Positions 18,906 to 28,163 of a DNA stretch of 64,000 bases are shown in pieces. The translations under genes and the position numbers were made by a program. The notes under the pieces are model-generated. The model was not told the DNA's origin. It did not search any database and worked only from the letters and a program-made list of their open reading frames with translations. The stretch's first letter is position 1. Each line of letters starts with the position of its first letter. The DNA is from Clostridia bacterium (GTDB taxonomy: Bacteria > Bacillota > Clostridia > Christensenellales > CAG-314): positions 264 through 64,263 of the forward strand of contig CAAGHL010000060.1 in the NCBI GenBank assembly GCA_900769665.1. Reading direction: 5' to 3'.

Positions 18906-21900
18906 ATGATTACACCTAACATCGAGGAAAAACTTTCCACAGTTTGTAGCAAACTTAATGCTTTGCAACAAGTTGCACGGATTGACTTTGACGTGCAATA
19001 TGCCCCGTGTAACGCCGATTGTCGACACGCATTGCCGACTTCTCGCACCGATTGGCAGGATTTTTCCTACCCATACTATTTGTTTGAACAAAACAAGTAC
19101 TATTGGTTTCACGCCAAGTTTACCGTGACCAAACTGCAACCGCACCAAAAGGCGTATTTGTGCGTGGAAACATTTATCGACGGCGTGTCGAGTACTATCC
19201 GTCCGCAGGGGTTGTTGTACCTCAACGGAAAGGAAGTCTGCGGCATAGACATCAAGCATACCGACGTGTTGCTTGACGGCGAGGGCGAGTACGAAATGTA
19301 CTTGCATTTTTACACGCACGTGTTTGGTACGGGTTTGCCGTTGTACTTCCTCATTAAGATACGCGACGAACGCATTATGCGCGCATATTACGACTTTAGC
19401 GTGCCACTTTCGGCTGTTAAACTGCTTAACTTGCGCACTAACGAGCTGTCGCGAAGTCTTGCCGTATTGGAAAAAGCTACCAATATCGTGGACTTCCGTA
19501 CGCCGTATTCCGACGAGTTTTTTGCCTCTTTGGAGCATGCTTGCGAGTACTTGAAGAAGGAGTATTACGAGGCGCTCGGCGGTAGTTTTAATACTGCGTT
19601 GTGCATCGGACACACGCACATCGACGTTGCATGGCTGTGGAATTTGGAACAAACTCGCCAAAAGGTAGAACGCAGTTTTGCCACCGTTTTGAAGCTTATG
19701 GACGAGTACCCCGAGTACCGTTTTATGATGTCACAACCGCAACTGTTTACCTACTTGAAGGCGACCGACCCCGAATTGTTTGCCCGTGTAAAGCAACGTG
19801 TTGCCGAGGGGCGTTGGGAAGTTGATGGCGCAATGTGGTTGGAAGCCGACACCAACCTGACTAGCGGAGAAAGCCTTGTGCGACAACTGATGTACGGACA
19901 AAAGTTTTTCCGCGAGGAGTTTGGCGTGGATTGCACATGCGTGTGGTTGCCCGACGTGTTCGGTTACAGCGGACAACTGCCGCAAATAATGGCAAAAAGC
20001 GGCATTAGGCGTTTTGTCACGGCAAAAATAGGTTGGAACGACACCGACCGCTTCCCGTATGATGTATTCGATTGGTACGGTATAGACGGAAGCAAAGTTT
20101 TTGCATATTTGCTGTCCACGTGCGACACCGATCCGCGCAACGGAGTTTACGACCACACCTACACAAGCTACTGCGAGCCGCTTACCGCCAAGAGTGCGCT
20201 CGGCACTTGGAATAGGTTTCAGCAAAAGGACTACACCGACAGCGTGTTGATGAGCTACGGCTATGGCGACGGCGGAGGTGGACCGACAAGGGAGGACCTC
20301 GAACGTCAGCGCAGACTTGCCTACGGCGTGCTCGGCTTGCCAAAGACAAAAATTGTCGGTTTGCACGAGGCGTTGGATGTGGTTGAGGGCAACTTCCGCA
20401 AGGCGTGTGCTGAACTGCGACGTACCCCAAAGTGGCACGGGGAATTGTACTTCGAGTTTCACCGCGGTACGTTGACCAGTGTGCCTAGGGTAAAGAAGAA
20501 TAACCGCATGGCGGAAATTGCGCTTGGTAACGCCGAGGCGATGTCCGTTGCGGCAAACAAGCTGTGCGGCGTGACATACCCGAAGGAAACAATCGAACGT
20601 AATTGGAAGACGGCATTGCTAAATCAATTTCACGACATTTTGCCCGGTTCGGCGGTGGAAGAGGTGTACGCCGACAGCGATAAGCAATACGCCGAGTTGT
20701 TTGTCGAGGTGGGTGGCGTAGCGCAAAAGGCGTTGCAGGTCTTGGCGGAAAATATCGGCGCAGGTGGCAAAAATGTGGTGTTCAACAACACTCCGTTTGC
20801 GGCAAACGGCACGGTGACCGTTGACGGAAAAACTCGCATTGTGCGTGACATCCCGTCGCACGGATATAAGGTTGTCGACGTTGACGGCGCAAACGAAAGC
20901 GGTGCGGAACAAGTGTCGGTAAATGGCAATATGTTGCAAAATTCCTACTACGTATTGACTTTTTCGCGCAACGGAAGTATCGAAAGCTTGCTCGACAAAC
21001 GTAATAATCGCCAAATTGTGCCCGACGGGCAACGCCTAAACGAGTTTGTCGCATACGAGGATTTACCCTACGAATACGACAACTGGGAGATGACGCCCTA
21101 CCACAAGCAAAAGTTTTGTGTGCTGAACGATGCGGCGGAGTTTTCTGTCGTGGAAAACGGCGATCGAAAAGGTTTTGCTATCGTAAAGACGTACGGCAAG
21201 TCCACGATTACACAACACGTGTGGCTGTATGCCGATGGTATCGACCGTATCGATTTCGACGCCGACGTGGATTGGCAGGAAAAGGGACAGTTGCTGAAAG
21301 TGCGTTTCCCGTTGGATGTGATGTGCGACAATGCTCGCTACGACGTGCAATTCGGTAGCGTTTTGCGCAGTACGCACGACAACACAAGTTGGGACAGCGC
21401 ACGGTTTGAAAGCGTGGCGCACAAGTGGGTGGATATGTCGGAAGGTAACTATGGCGTGGCGTTGCTAAACAACGGCAAGTATGGTTTCGGCACAGAAGAC
21501 AACGTGCTGACAATGACGGTGTTGAAGTCGGGCAGTTTCCCTTACGACGGCGCAAGCGATGTAGTACCGAACTTTACTTATTCGCTTTTGCCGCACGCAA
21601 AAGACTACACAAACGGCGTAATAAGTGCCGCTTATGTGCTTAATAACCCGTTTACTGTCGCAAAAGGCGGCAACGGACAACTTGCGCAAGAGTATTCGCT
21701 TGTGTCGACAAACGACGGCGGCGTTGTGTGCGAAACGGTCAAACAAGCCGAGGAAGGCAGCGGAATGGTAGTGCGCGTATACGAGGCAAACGGCGCGCGC
21801 CACAATGCGACAATTACATTCGGTTTGCCGGTCAAGCAAGCATATTTGTGCGACCTTAACGAGAATGAAATCGAACAACTGCAAACGGACGGTAACGACG

Positions 21901-21950
21901 TGCATGTTACAGTAAAACCGTTTGAAATATTGACAATAAAAGTGCTATGA
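18906..21950 (+). CDS. GH38 alpha-mannosidase
   Basis: HTHIDVAWLW metal-binding signature, ADTNLTSGESLVRQ and WLPDVFGYS. The length is about 1015 aa. The start is set at the ATG at 18906 (MITPNIEEK). Confidence 0.93.
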   Translation: MITPNIEEKLSTVCSKLNALQQVARIDFDVQYAPCNADCRHALPTSRTDWQDFSYPYYLFEQNKYYWFHAKFTVTKLQPHQKAYLCVETFIDGVSSTIRPQGLLYLNGKEVCGIDIKHTDVLLDGEGEYEMYLHFYTHVFGTGLPLYFLIKIRDERIMRAYYDFSVPLSAVKLLNLRTNELSRSLAVLEKATNIVDFRTPYSDEFFASLEHACEYLKKEYYEALGGSFNTALCIGHTHIDVAWLWNLEQTRQKVERSFATVLKLMDEYPEYRFMMSQPQLFTYLKATDPELFARVKQRVAEGRWEVDGAMWLEADTNLTSGESLVRQLMYGQKFFREEFGVDCTCVWLPDVFGYSGQLPQIMAKSGIRRFVTAKIGWNDTDRFPYDVFDWYGIDGSKVFAYLLSTCDTDPRNGVYDHTYTSYCEPLTAKSALGTWNRFQQKDYTDSVLMSYGYGDGGGGPTREDLERQRRLAYGVLGLPKTKIVGLHEALDVVEGNFRKACAELRRTPKWHGELYFEFHRGTLTSVPRVKKNNRMAEIALGNAEAMSVAANKLCGVTYPKETIERNWKTALLNQFHDILPGSAVEEVYADSDKQYAELFVEVGGVAQKALQVLAENIGAGGKNVVFNNTPFAANGTVTVDGKTRIVRDIPSHGYKVVDVDGANESGAEQVSVNGNMLQNSYYVLTFSRNGSIESLLDKRNNRQIVPDGQRLNEFVAYEDLPYEYDNWEMTPYHKQKFCVLNDAAEFSVVENGDRKGFAIVKTYGKSTITQHVWLYADGIDRIDFDADVDWQEKGQLLKVRFPLDVMCDNARYDVQFGSVLRSTHDNTSWDSARFESVAHKWVDMSEGNYGVALLNNGKYGFGTEDNVLTMTVLKSGSFPYDGASDVVPNFTYSLLPHAKDYTNGVISAAYVLNNPFTVAKGGNGQLAQEYSLVSTNDGGVVCETVKQAEEGSGMVVRVYEANGARHNATITFGLPVKQAYLCDLNENEIEQLQTDGNDVHVTVKPFEILTIKVL

Positions 21951-24070
21951 TAAAAAATTTTGAGTTGACCGACAATTCGATGTTTTCCGTAAACTTGTCG
22001 GACGGTTGTTTTGCCGACATTGTAGTGTATGGGCAAAGGTTGAATTGCGGTAAAGTGAGTTTGTTTTCCGTCAAACTGCGTGACAAAAACGGTTGTGGCA
22101 AGGTGATTTCCGCCGAAGATTGCCGTTTTATCGGCTTTGATGGCGTATTGGCAAAGTACACGTGTGACGACGTGGACGTTGCCGTGCGTTTTTCTTTGTC
22201 AAGCGACAACTCGGCATTGTCGTTGCGCATGGACGTAACCAACAGAACCGATTTGCTTGTGGAGTGGGTGGAGTTGATGTCGGTGTTCGTCGGCGGAAAA
22301 CTTCGTGACGAAGAGGGTGGAACGGGCGCAATTGTGTACCCGTTTAACGAAGGTGGACTTGTGACAAATATGGCTTTCCGCGAAAGCATGCCCTACCGTT
22401 ACGACGAGCCGCAGTACCCTAGTAAAAGCGGTTATTCGATATTTCCAAACATGATTTGTTCGCAATTTTTAGCATACGTATCAAAAAATTGCGGACTTTA
22501 CCTCGGTATGCACGACCACGAACGCACCACAAAACACATCGACTTTCGCTATTGCAACGGCAACATCAAATTGCAAATGCGCACGTTTTGCAATGTCGAC
22601 TACGGGCAAAACTACGTCATGCCGTTTGATTGCGTAATGCAACCGTTTGTTGGCGACTGGCACGACGCATGCGAAATTTATCGCAAGTGGTTCGAGCAAA
22701 ACTTGCCTACAGGTTTGACCAAAATCGTCGACAACAAAACCTTGCCAAGCTGGTACGCAAAGTCGCCCGTCACCATCATTTACCCCGTGCGCGGACGTAA
22801 AGATACCGGCGACATGACCCCAAACGGCATGTACCCGTACGCAAACGGACTGCCGTTTTTGCAAGAGGTAGCGGCGGCGACGGACAGCTCCGTCATGGCA
22901 CTCTTGATGCACTGGGAAGGGACTGCGCCTTGGGCACCGCCTTACGTGTATCCGCCCTTTGGCGGAGCGGAGCAGTTTGCCGATTTTTTACGTCGTGCGC
23001 ACGATAAAAATATGTTTGTCGGCTTGTATATGAGCGGCATGGGTTACACGCTTAAAAGCAATGTTTTGCCCGATTACGACCGCACTACGGATTTCGAGCG
23101 CGACCACATTGCTGACATAGTTTGCACGGACAGCGACGGCAGTAAAAAGGGCATTATTTGTACGCAACAGCGCGTCGGGTACGACTTGTGCCCTGCATGC
23201 GACAAAACCAAACAAATTATGTCCGACGAAATAACAAAGCTTTGCGACATGGGTGTGGATTACGTGCAGGCGCTAGATCAAAACCATGGTGGCGTAAGCT
23301 ATTTCTGCTACAGCGACAAGCACGGGCATATCCCCGCCCCGGGCAAGTGGCAAGAGGAAGAAACGTGCAAAATGCTCGATCTTGTGCGTGCAAACGGCGC
23401 GCTTATGGGGTGTGAGTCGGCGGCAAGCGAGCCGATGATTGCGCATTTGCCGTACAGCGACAACCGTTTTCAGCTAAATCTCTACGTCGGAACTCCCGTC
23501 CCTGTGTACAGCTACATTTACCACGAGTATGTCAACAATTTTATGGGCAATCAGGTGTGCGCCATGATGAACAAGGTGGAGGAAAACTACACCTACCGCC
23601 TTGCGTACAGTTTTACCGCCGGAGATATGCTTAGCCTTGTTACGCTTGGCGACGGCAAGGTGGAGTACAGCTGGGACGATTGGATTGCACCGCACGACAA
23701 AACCGTCGACAAACAAGTTGCTTACAACTTCATACGCACGCTAAACGGTTGGAGACAAGGTGCGGCAGGCAAGTATTTGCATGTCGGGCGTATGGTAAAA
23801 CCCGTTGCCGTGACGTGCGGCAAACAACACTTTACTTTGGATGACGGCAGTAGTTACGCTCCCGACGAGGTACTTACGACAGCGTATACGTTGGACGGCA
23901 CTACGTTGCAGTTTGTTGTCAACTACAATCGCTGCGAAGTAAATGTGACTTTGCCGTATGCGTTAGGCGGCTTCCTCGATAGCACCCTGACCAAGGAATT
24001 TGCCCCGACCCAAACCCTCACTCTTGCACCCCTTTCTGTAATCGCCCTTAAACTATCTCCCCAACAATAA
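21947..24070 (+). CDS. Uncharacterised 707-aa cytoplasmic protein, putative glycan-active enzyme (family not recognised)
   Basis: The start ATG overlaps the GH38 stop (ATGA at 21947-21950). There is no signal peptide and the coding composition is clean. Function is inferred only from operon context. Confidence 0.6.
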   Translation: MIKNFELTDNSMFSVNLSDGCFADIVVYGQRLNCGKVSLFSVKLRDKNGCGKVISAEDCRFIGFDGVLAKYTCDDVDVAVRFSLSSDNSALSLRMDVTNRTDLLVEWVELMSVFVGGKLRDEEGGTGAIVYPFNEGGLVTNMAFRESMPYRYDEPQYPSKSGYSIFPNMICSQFLAYVSKNCGLYLGMHDHERTTKHIDFRYCNGNIKLQMRTFCNVDYGQNYVMPFDCVMQPFVGDWHDACEIYRKWFEQNLPTGLTKIVDNKTLPSWYAKSPVTIIYPVRGRKDTGDMTPNGMYPYANGLPFLQEVAAATDSSVMALLMHWEGTAPWAPPYVYPPFGGAEQFADFLRRAHDKNMFVGLYMSGMGYTLKSNVLPDYDRTTDFERDHIADIVCTDSDGSKKGIICTQQRVGYDLCPACDKTKQIMSDEITKLCDMGVDYVQALDQNHGGVSYFCYSDKHGHIPAPGKWQEEETCKMLDLVRANGALMGCESAASEPMIAHLPYSDNRFQLNLYVGTPVPVYSYIYHEYVNNFMGNQVCAMMNKVEENYTYRLAYSFTAGDMLSLVTLGDGKVEYSWDDWIAPHDKTVDKQVAYNFIRTLNGWRQGAAGKYLHVGRMVKPVAVTCGKQHFTLDDGSSYAPDEVLTTAYTLDGTTLQFVVNYNRCEVNVTLPYALGGFLDSTLTKEFAPTQTLTLAPLSVIALKLSPQQ

Positions 24071-24085
24071 CTCCGCCCAATATAA

Positions 24086-24125
24086 CTAAAAAATCAATAC
24101 GTATGTAAAAGTTACTTACATTTTT
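24086..24125 (+). promoter_or_regulatory. Recurrent bipartite intergenic motif, copy A (A-tract, ATACGTAT, N12, TACATTTTT)
   Basis: CTAAAAAATCAATACGTATGTAAAAGTTACTTACATTTTT. The same architecture occurs at 7513, 30904, 50319, 55953, 60474 and 62895, with a partial copy at 49396. Confidence 0.5.
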
Positions 24126-24482
24126 GTGAAATTCAAACGTATTTAGCAGTGATATTATTGTACAAAGTTGCAATTCGTGTAATTGGCAGTCCTCGTGCAT
24201 TTGAAAAATACCGATGGCGACAAAAGTAACTATACGCATTATATCTAAATATAGGAATATGTAAAAATCATCTTAATTGCAAGGTTTTGTGTCGATTGGC
24301 GCAAGACCTTGTTTTTTGTATTTGTGAAACTTTGAAAAGATGTCTTTAGCGACTGTCGAATGAGTGTTGTAAGTTTTGATGTTCAAAAGATGTGAAATTT
24401 TTTAATGAAAAGTGCAACGTTACATAAATAATGCGACAATGTGCTTTATAGTTTACGTACAAACAAATTACGGGAGGTTTTT

Positions 24483-24683
24483 ATGGATAACTGCAATGAC
24501 AAGCAAATGCCGCTTTCCGCCGAGGAATGCGAGGTGCGCTACGGCAAGCCTATCACCACAAGCATACTGCAAATAAAGTTGGAAATCGGTTACAACCACG
24601 CAAGCCGAATCCTAAAAAGGTTGGACGAGGTCGGTTTGCTGGTGGCGGACAACAAAGGCAACAAGTACATCGCCGTCGAGTAG
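24483..24683 (+). CDS. Stand-alone FtsK-gamma-like winged-helix protein (66 aa)
   Basis: A GGGAGG RBS precedes the ATG at 24483. ITTSILQIKLEIGYNHASRILKRLDEVGLLV matches the FtsK gamma consensus (S-x-LQR-x-L-x-IGYNRAAR-x-I-x2-ME-x2-GIV). Confidence 0.75.
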   Translation: MDNCNDKQMPLSAEECEVRYGKPITTSILQIKLEIGYNHASRILKRLDEVGLLVADNKGNKYIAVE

Positions 24684-24843
24684 CGGCTTAAACCCATTGC
24701 AATGCGTTGTTTGCTTGCGGAGGAATGTGTTGCTGTGGCAAACCAATCCTCGCTTACACGTTAGATAAATTGCAAAATGTACACATTGTTGCCAACCTAG
24801 TTGTCAAACGACCGACAACGCCAAACAAAACAGGAGATTACAA

Positions 24844-25962
24844 ATGAATATACAACCGGAAAGAACGGAGTACGACCATCACTTTGCACTTGCGCTGATT
24901 GCCATGGCGAGAGCCGATTGGATAGGCGCGCATGAGGAGTTGAGTCTTGCCGCCGACAGCTTGTACAAGTTTAGCGCACAGCAAAATTCCTTCGAGCAAA
25001 ACGTCACCAAGGGGTGGCTGTACGACATAATCCGAGAGTTGAAACGTATCGAATTGCACAACAACAACCAAGCCGCACGCGCCAAAATGGAAGCGCGCAT
25101 GCAGAAAAAAAGCGGCGGCACCGACAGCGGTATACAAGCCTGTACGCCGATGTGGAAGTTTGACGACATTGCAGGTTTGTCCGACGTCAAAGAAGAGGTA
25201 AACTACAACGTCGTATTGCCCGTCAAGTACCCCGATTTGTACAAATTGTTCCGTAAAAAGACCAACGGCGGCATACTGATGTACGGCTTGCCGGGTACGG
25301 GCAAAACAATGATTGCCGAAGCCATTGCCGGCGAAATCGGCGCAAAGTTTTTCCCCGTTAGATGCTCTGACCTTGGCAGTAAGTGGTTTGGCGAAACGGA
25401 ACAAAACATTAAAAAACTGTTTGAGGCGGCGCGGAAAGCCGACAAATCCGTGATATTTTTTGACGAGGTGGAAGCCTACGCCTCCAACCGTAGCGACGGC
25501 GAAACAATGGTGCGCGCCACAAACGAGCTGTTGTCGCAGTTGCAGGGCGCGTGCACCGAACAAATAAACAAAAACATACTTGTCATTGCCGCCACAAACA
25601 AACCGTGGGCATTGGACGGCGCATTTTGGCGACCCGGGCGGTTTGATGAAAAAATTTACGTGCCGTTGCCCGACAAAGCGGCTCGCAAACGTATCATGGA
25701 GCTATCCTTTGCCGAAGTGCCGAGCGAGGACATTGACCTTGGCGAATACGCCGAACGTTGCGAGGGCTTCAACGGCGCGGACGTCAAGTACTTGTGCGAA
25801 AAGGCAAAGGAAGCAGCAATCAAACGTGTGCTTGCCGACCAAGACTCCGCACGCAAACTACTGCGCAACGACTTGGAACAAGCAATGCGCATTGTCGGTA
25901 GCTCCGTCATTGTGCAAGACAAAACGCAAATGCAAAACTGGTGCGCGCGGCTCGGCGCATAG
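24844..25962 (+). CDS. Classical-clade AAA+ ATPase (Vps4/katanin/FtsH-like single AAA module) with a short helical N-domain
   Basis: Walker A GLPGTGKT, Walker B VIFFDEVE, SRH region ATNKPWALDGAFWRPGRFDEKIYVPLPD. An N-terminal region of about 100 aa is all-helical. Confidence 0.9.
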   Translation: MNIQPERTEYDHHFALALIAMARADWIGAHEELSLAADSLYKFSAQQNSFEQNVTKGWLYDIIRELKRIELHNNNQAARAKMEARMQKKSGGTDSGIQACTPMWKFDDIAGLSDVKEEVNYNVVLPVKYPDLYKLFRKKTNGGILMYGLPGTGKTMIAEAIAGEIGAKFFPVRCSDLGSKWFGETEQNIKKLFEAARKADKSVIFFDEVEAYASNRSDGETMVRATNELLSQLQGACTEQINKNILVIAATNKPWALDGAFWRPGRFDEKIYVPLPDKAARKRIMELSFAEVPSEDIDLGEYAERCEGFNGADVKYLCEKAKEAAIKRVLADQDSARKLLRNDLEQAMRIVGSSVIVQDKTQMQNWCARLGA

Positions 25963-26016
25963 GGCGTCGGCGGTGGCAAACACCTACACGCGCAACGCAA
26001 AACAAGAGAGGGTAAT

Positions 26017-27309
26017 ATGTATTTCAAGAAAAACGACAAATTCACATGCGACAACAATCAAACGTACGTTGTCGAGGACTTGCTCGGCGAGGGCGGACAA
26101 GGCGAGGTGTACCTTGTGTCAAACGGCGTGCAAAAGTATGCGCTTAAAATCTACAAAAAGCAGGAAACAAGCGACTTCAAGTACAACCTGCGCAACAACA
26201 TCGAAAACGGCAGTCCGTCGGCGGATTTTTTGTGGCCAAAGCGTTTGTATGAGTGCGACGACGGGCGCATAGGTTACTTTATGGATTTGCGCCCCAAAAA
26301 CTACGTGTCGTTTGTATCCTACCTTACGGGCAAAAACCAATTCAAAAACAAGGCAACGTTGCTAAAGTGGTGCGTTTCGCTGTGTTCGGCGTTCAAAAAG
26401 TTGCACGAGCAAGGGTTTTCCTACCAAGACCTCAACGACGGCAGTTTCTTCTTCGACCCCGACACGGGCGCATTGCTTATTTGCGACAACGATAACGTGA
26501 CCGCCGACAAAAAGAACCTCGGCATCCTTGGCAAAATGCGCTACATGGCGCCGGAAATCGTCACCGGCAAGTGCTTGCCCGACGTGCACTCGGATAGGTT
26601 TTCGTTGGCGGTGATACTGTTTATGGCGTTGTGCTTAGGCAATCCTTTCGAGGGAGAACGGCTGAAAGACTACGACATCGTGGATGAAAAAGCCGAGTAC
26701 GAGATGTTCGGTAGCGACCCCGTGTTTGTCTACCACAAGACGAGGAAAACCAACCGCCCCATACGCGGCTACCACTCCGCAGTGCTCAAACGTTGGGCGT
26801 ATTTGCCGATGTACGTCAAGGAAGCGTTCCATCGCACCTTTGTGGACGGACTTGTCGACCGTGAAAACGAACGCACCACCGAGATAGAGTGGCTGAAACT
26901 GCTGACCAAGTACAGGGACGAGCTGATTACCTGCCCTCACTGCGGCTATGAGTACGTATTGGGGTTGGAAGATAAAAAGCGGTACGACGTTTGCCCGTTG
27001 TGCGGCAAGCCTACAAAAGAAGTGTGTTTGCTGACGATCGGCAAGAGCAAAATAGCGTTGGAACCCGACAAATACTTGTACAAAAGCCATATAGACAAGT
27101 ACACGGACGACTACTCGACTGTTGTCGGAAAAGTAATACGTAACAAGAAAAACCCGACATTGTGGGGCATAAAACTTGCTCTCGGTAACGCCGTAGAGGT
27201 GGAAGACGCAAGCGGCGACAAACGTATTATTGCCGCCGACGGCGTGATACCCGTCGTGCGTAATCTAAAAATCAGGTTTGGTAGTAGTTTGGTCGGCGAA
27301 ATTAAGTAA
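26017..27309 (+). CDS. Ser/Thr protein kinase-like protein with C-terminal zinc ribbon and FHA-like beta domain (TerY-P-type kinase)
   Basis: Gly loop LGEGGQGEVY, YALKIY lysine, atypical catalytic loop YQDLNDGS, CDNDN in place of DFG, and YMAPEI. A CPHCG...CPLCG ribbon is followed by about 100 aa rich in beta strands. Confidence 0.85.
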   Translation: MYFKKNDKFTCDNNQTYVVEDLLGEGGQGEVYLVSNGVQKYALKIYKKQETSDFKYNLRNNIENGSPSADFLWPKRLYECDDGRIGYFMDLRPKNYVSFVSYLTGKNQFKNKATLLKWCVSLCSAFKKLHEQGFSYQDLNDGSFFFDPDTGALLICDNDNVTADKKNLGILGKMRYMAPEIVTGKCLPDVHSDRFSLAVILFMALCLGNPFEGERLKDYDIVDEKAEYEMFGSDPVFVYHKTRKTNRPIRGYHSAVLKRWAYLPMYVKEAFHRTFVDGLVDRENERTTEIEWLKLLTKYRDELITCPHCGYEYVLGLEDKKRYDVCPLCGKPTKEVCLLTIGKSKIALEPDKYLYKSHIDKYTDDYSTVVGKVIRNKKNPTLWGIKLALGNAVEVEDASGDKRIIAADGVIPVVRNLKIRFGSSLVGEIK

Positions 27310-27434
27310 CGTATTGCTTTTTTAGTGACATAAAGGGCTAATTCGATATGGATTTTGATGTAGATTGACAGCGGTTTTGCAACCGAAATTACACTACGAA
27401 AGTAGCAAAAAAATAACACGAGAGAGGTAGAAAC

Positions 27435-28163
27435 ATGGAAGACAGAGTGCTAGGCGACGGCATTGCCCGTCAGGAACTGAATTTGTTGTTTGTAATCGAC
27501 ATATCGGGATCGATGGACGGCGAAAAAATCGGTGCGGTAAACAACGCCATACGCGACGTAATGAGCATAATGCCCGAGATACAGGACGACACGTCGGACG
27601 CGGTGATAAAGATTTCGGCGTTGAAGTTTAGCGACAATGCGGAGTGGGTGTACCCCGAACCCAAGTCTATTGCCGACTTCAAGTGGAAGGACGTGACCGC
27701 CGAAACGGGTACGAACTTGTCGGCGGCGTTGGACGCAATGTCGGCGTGGTTGTGCAAACGTAGCAAGGGCGGACAAATGCCCGACATCGGCGGTATTGCG
27801 CCCATCATCATTTTGATGACCGACGGTATGCCGACAAGTTACGATTGGCAAGACCACTTGTTCAATCTAAAAAAGAAGGGTTGGTTTCGAGTGGCGTTGA
27901 AGTACGCCCTTGCCATCGGCGTGGAAGATCAAGAAGCCATGGACGTGCTGACGGCATTTACCGGCAACTCGGAAACGGTGCTGAAAGTGTACACGGCGGA
28001 AGCGTTGCGCAAGGTGATTAAGGTAATTGCCGTGACGGCATCCAAGGTCAAGTCCAACAGCGCATCCACAAGCGGCGTAGGCGGTGCGGTGGTGGACAAC
28101 AACCAAGTGGCGCAGGCGCAAATCGCCGACAAGTTGGAAGAGGTGACGGACGTTGAGTGGTAG
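27435..28163 (+). CDS. vWA-domain protein, TerY-like (copy 1)
   Basis: MIDAS motif VIDISGSM with downstream LMTDGMPT. Its size (242 aa) and C-terminal acidic tail (VTDVEW) are like TerY. Confidence 0.88.
   Translation: MEDRVLGDGIARQELNLLFVIDISGSMDGEKIGAVNNAIRDVMSIMPEIQDDTSDAVIKISALKFSDNAEWVYPEPKSIADFKWKDVTAETGTNLSAALDAMSAWLCKRSKGGQMPDIGGIAPIIILMTDGMPTSYDWQDHLFNLKKKGWFRVALKYALAIGVEDQEAMDVLTAFTGNSETVLKVYTAEALRKVIKVIAVTASKVKSNSASTSGVGGAVVDNNQVAQAQIADKLEEVTDVEW

Noticed and set aside
24100-24125. Bipartite motif considered as a CcpA cre site or a Rex box
   Set aside because: The TGTAA...TTACA half-sites in copy A are 7 nt apart, whereas cre needs a 14-bp palindrome with central CG. They are also not conserved in the other copies. 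TTGTGAA is present only in copy A.
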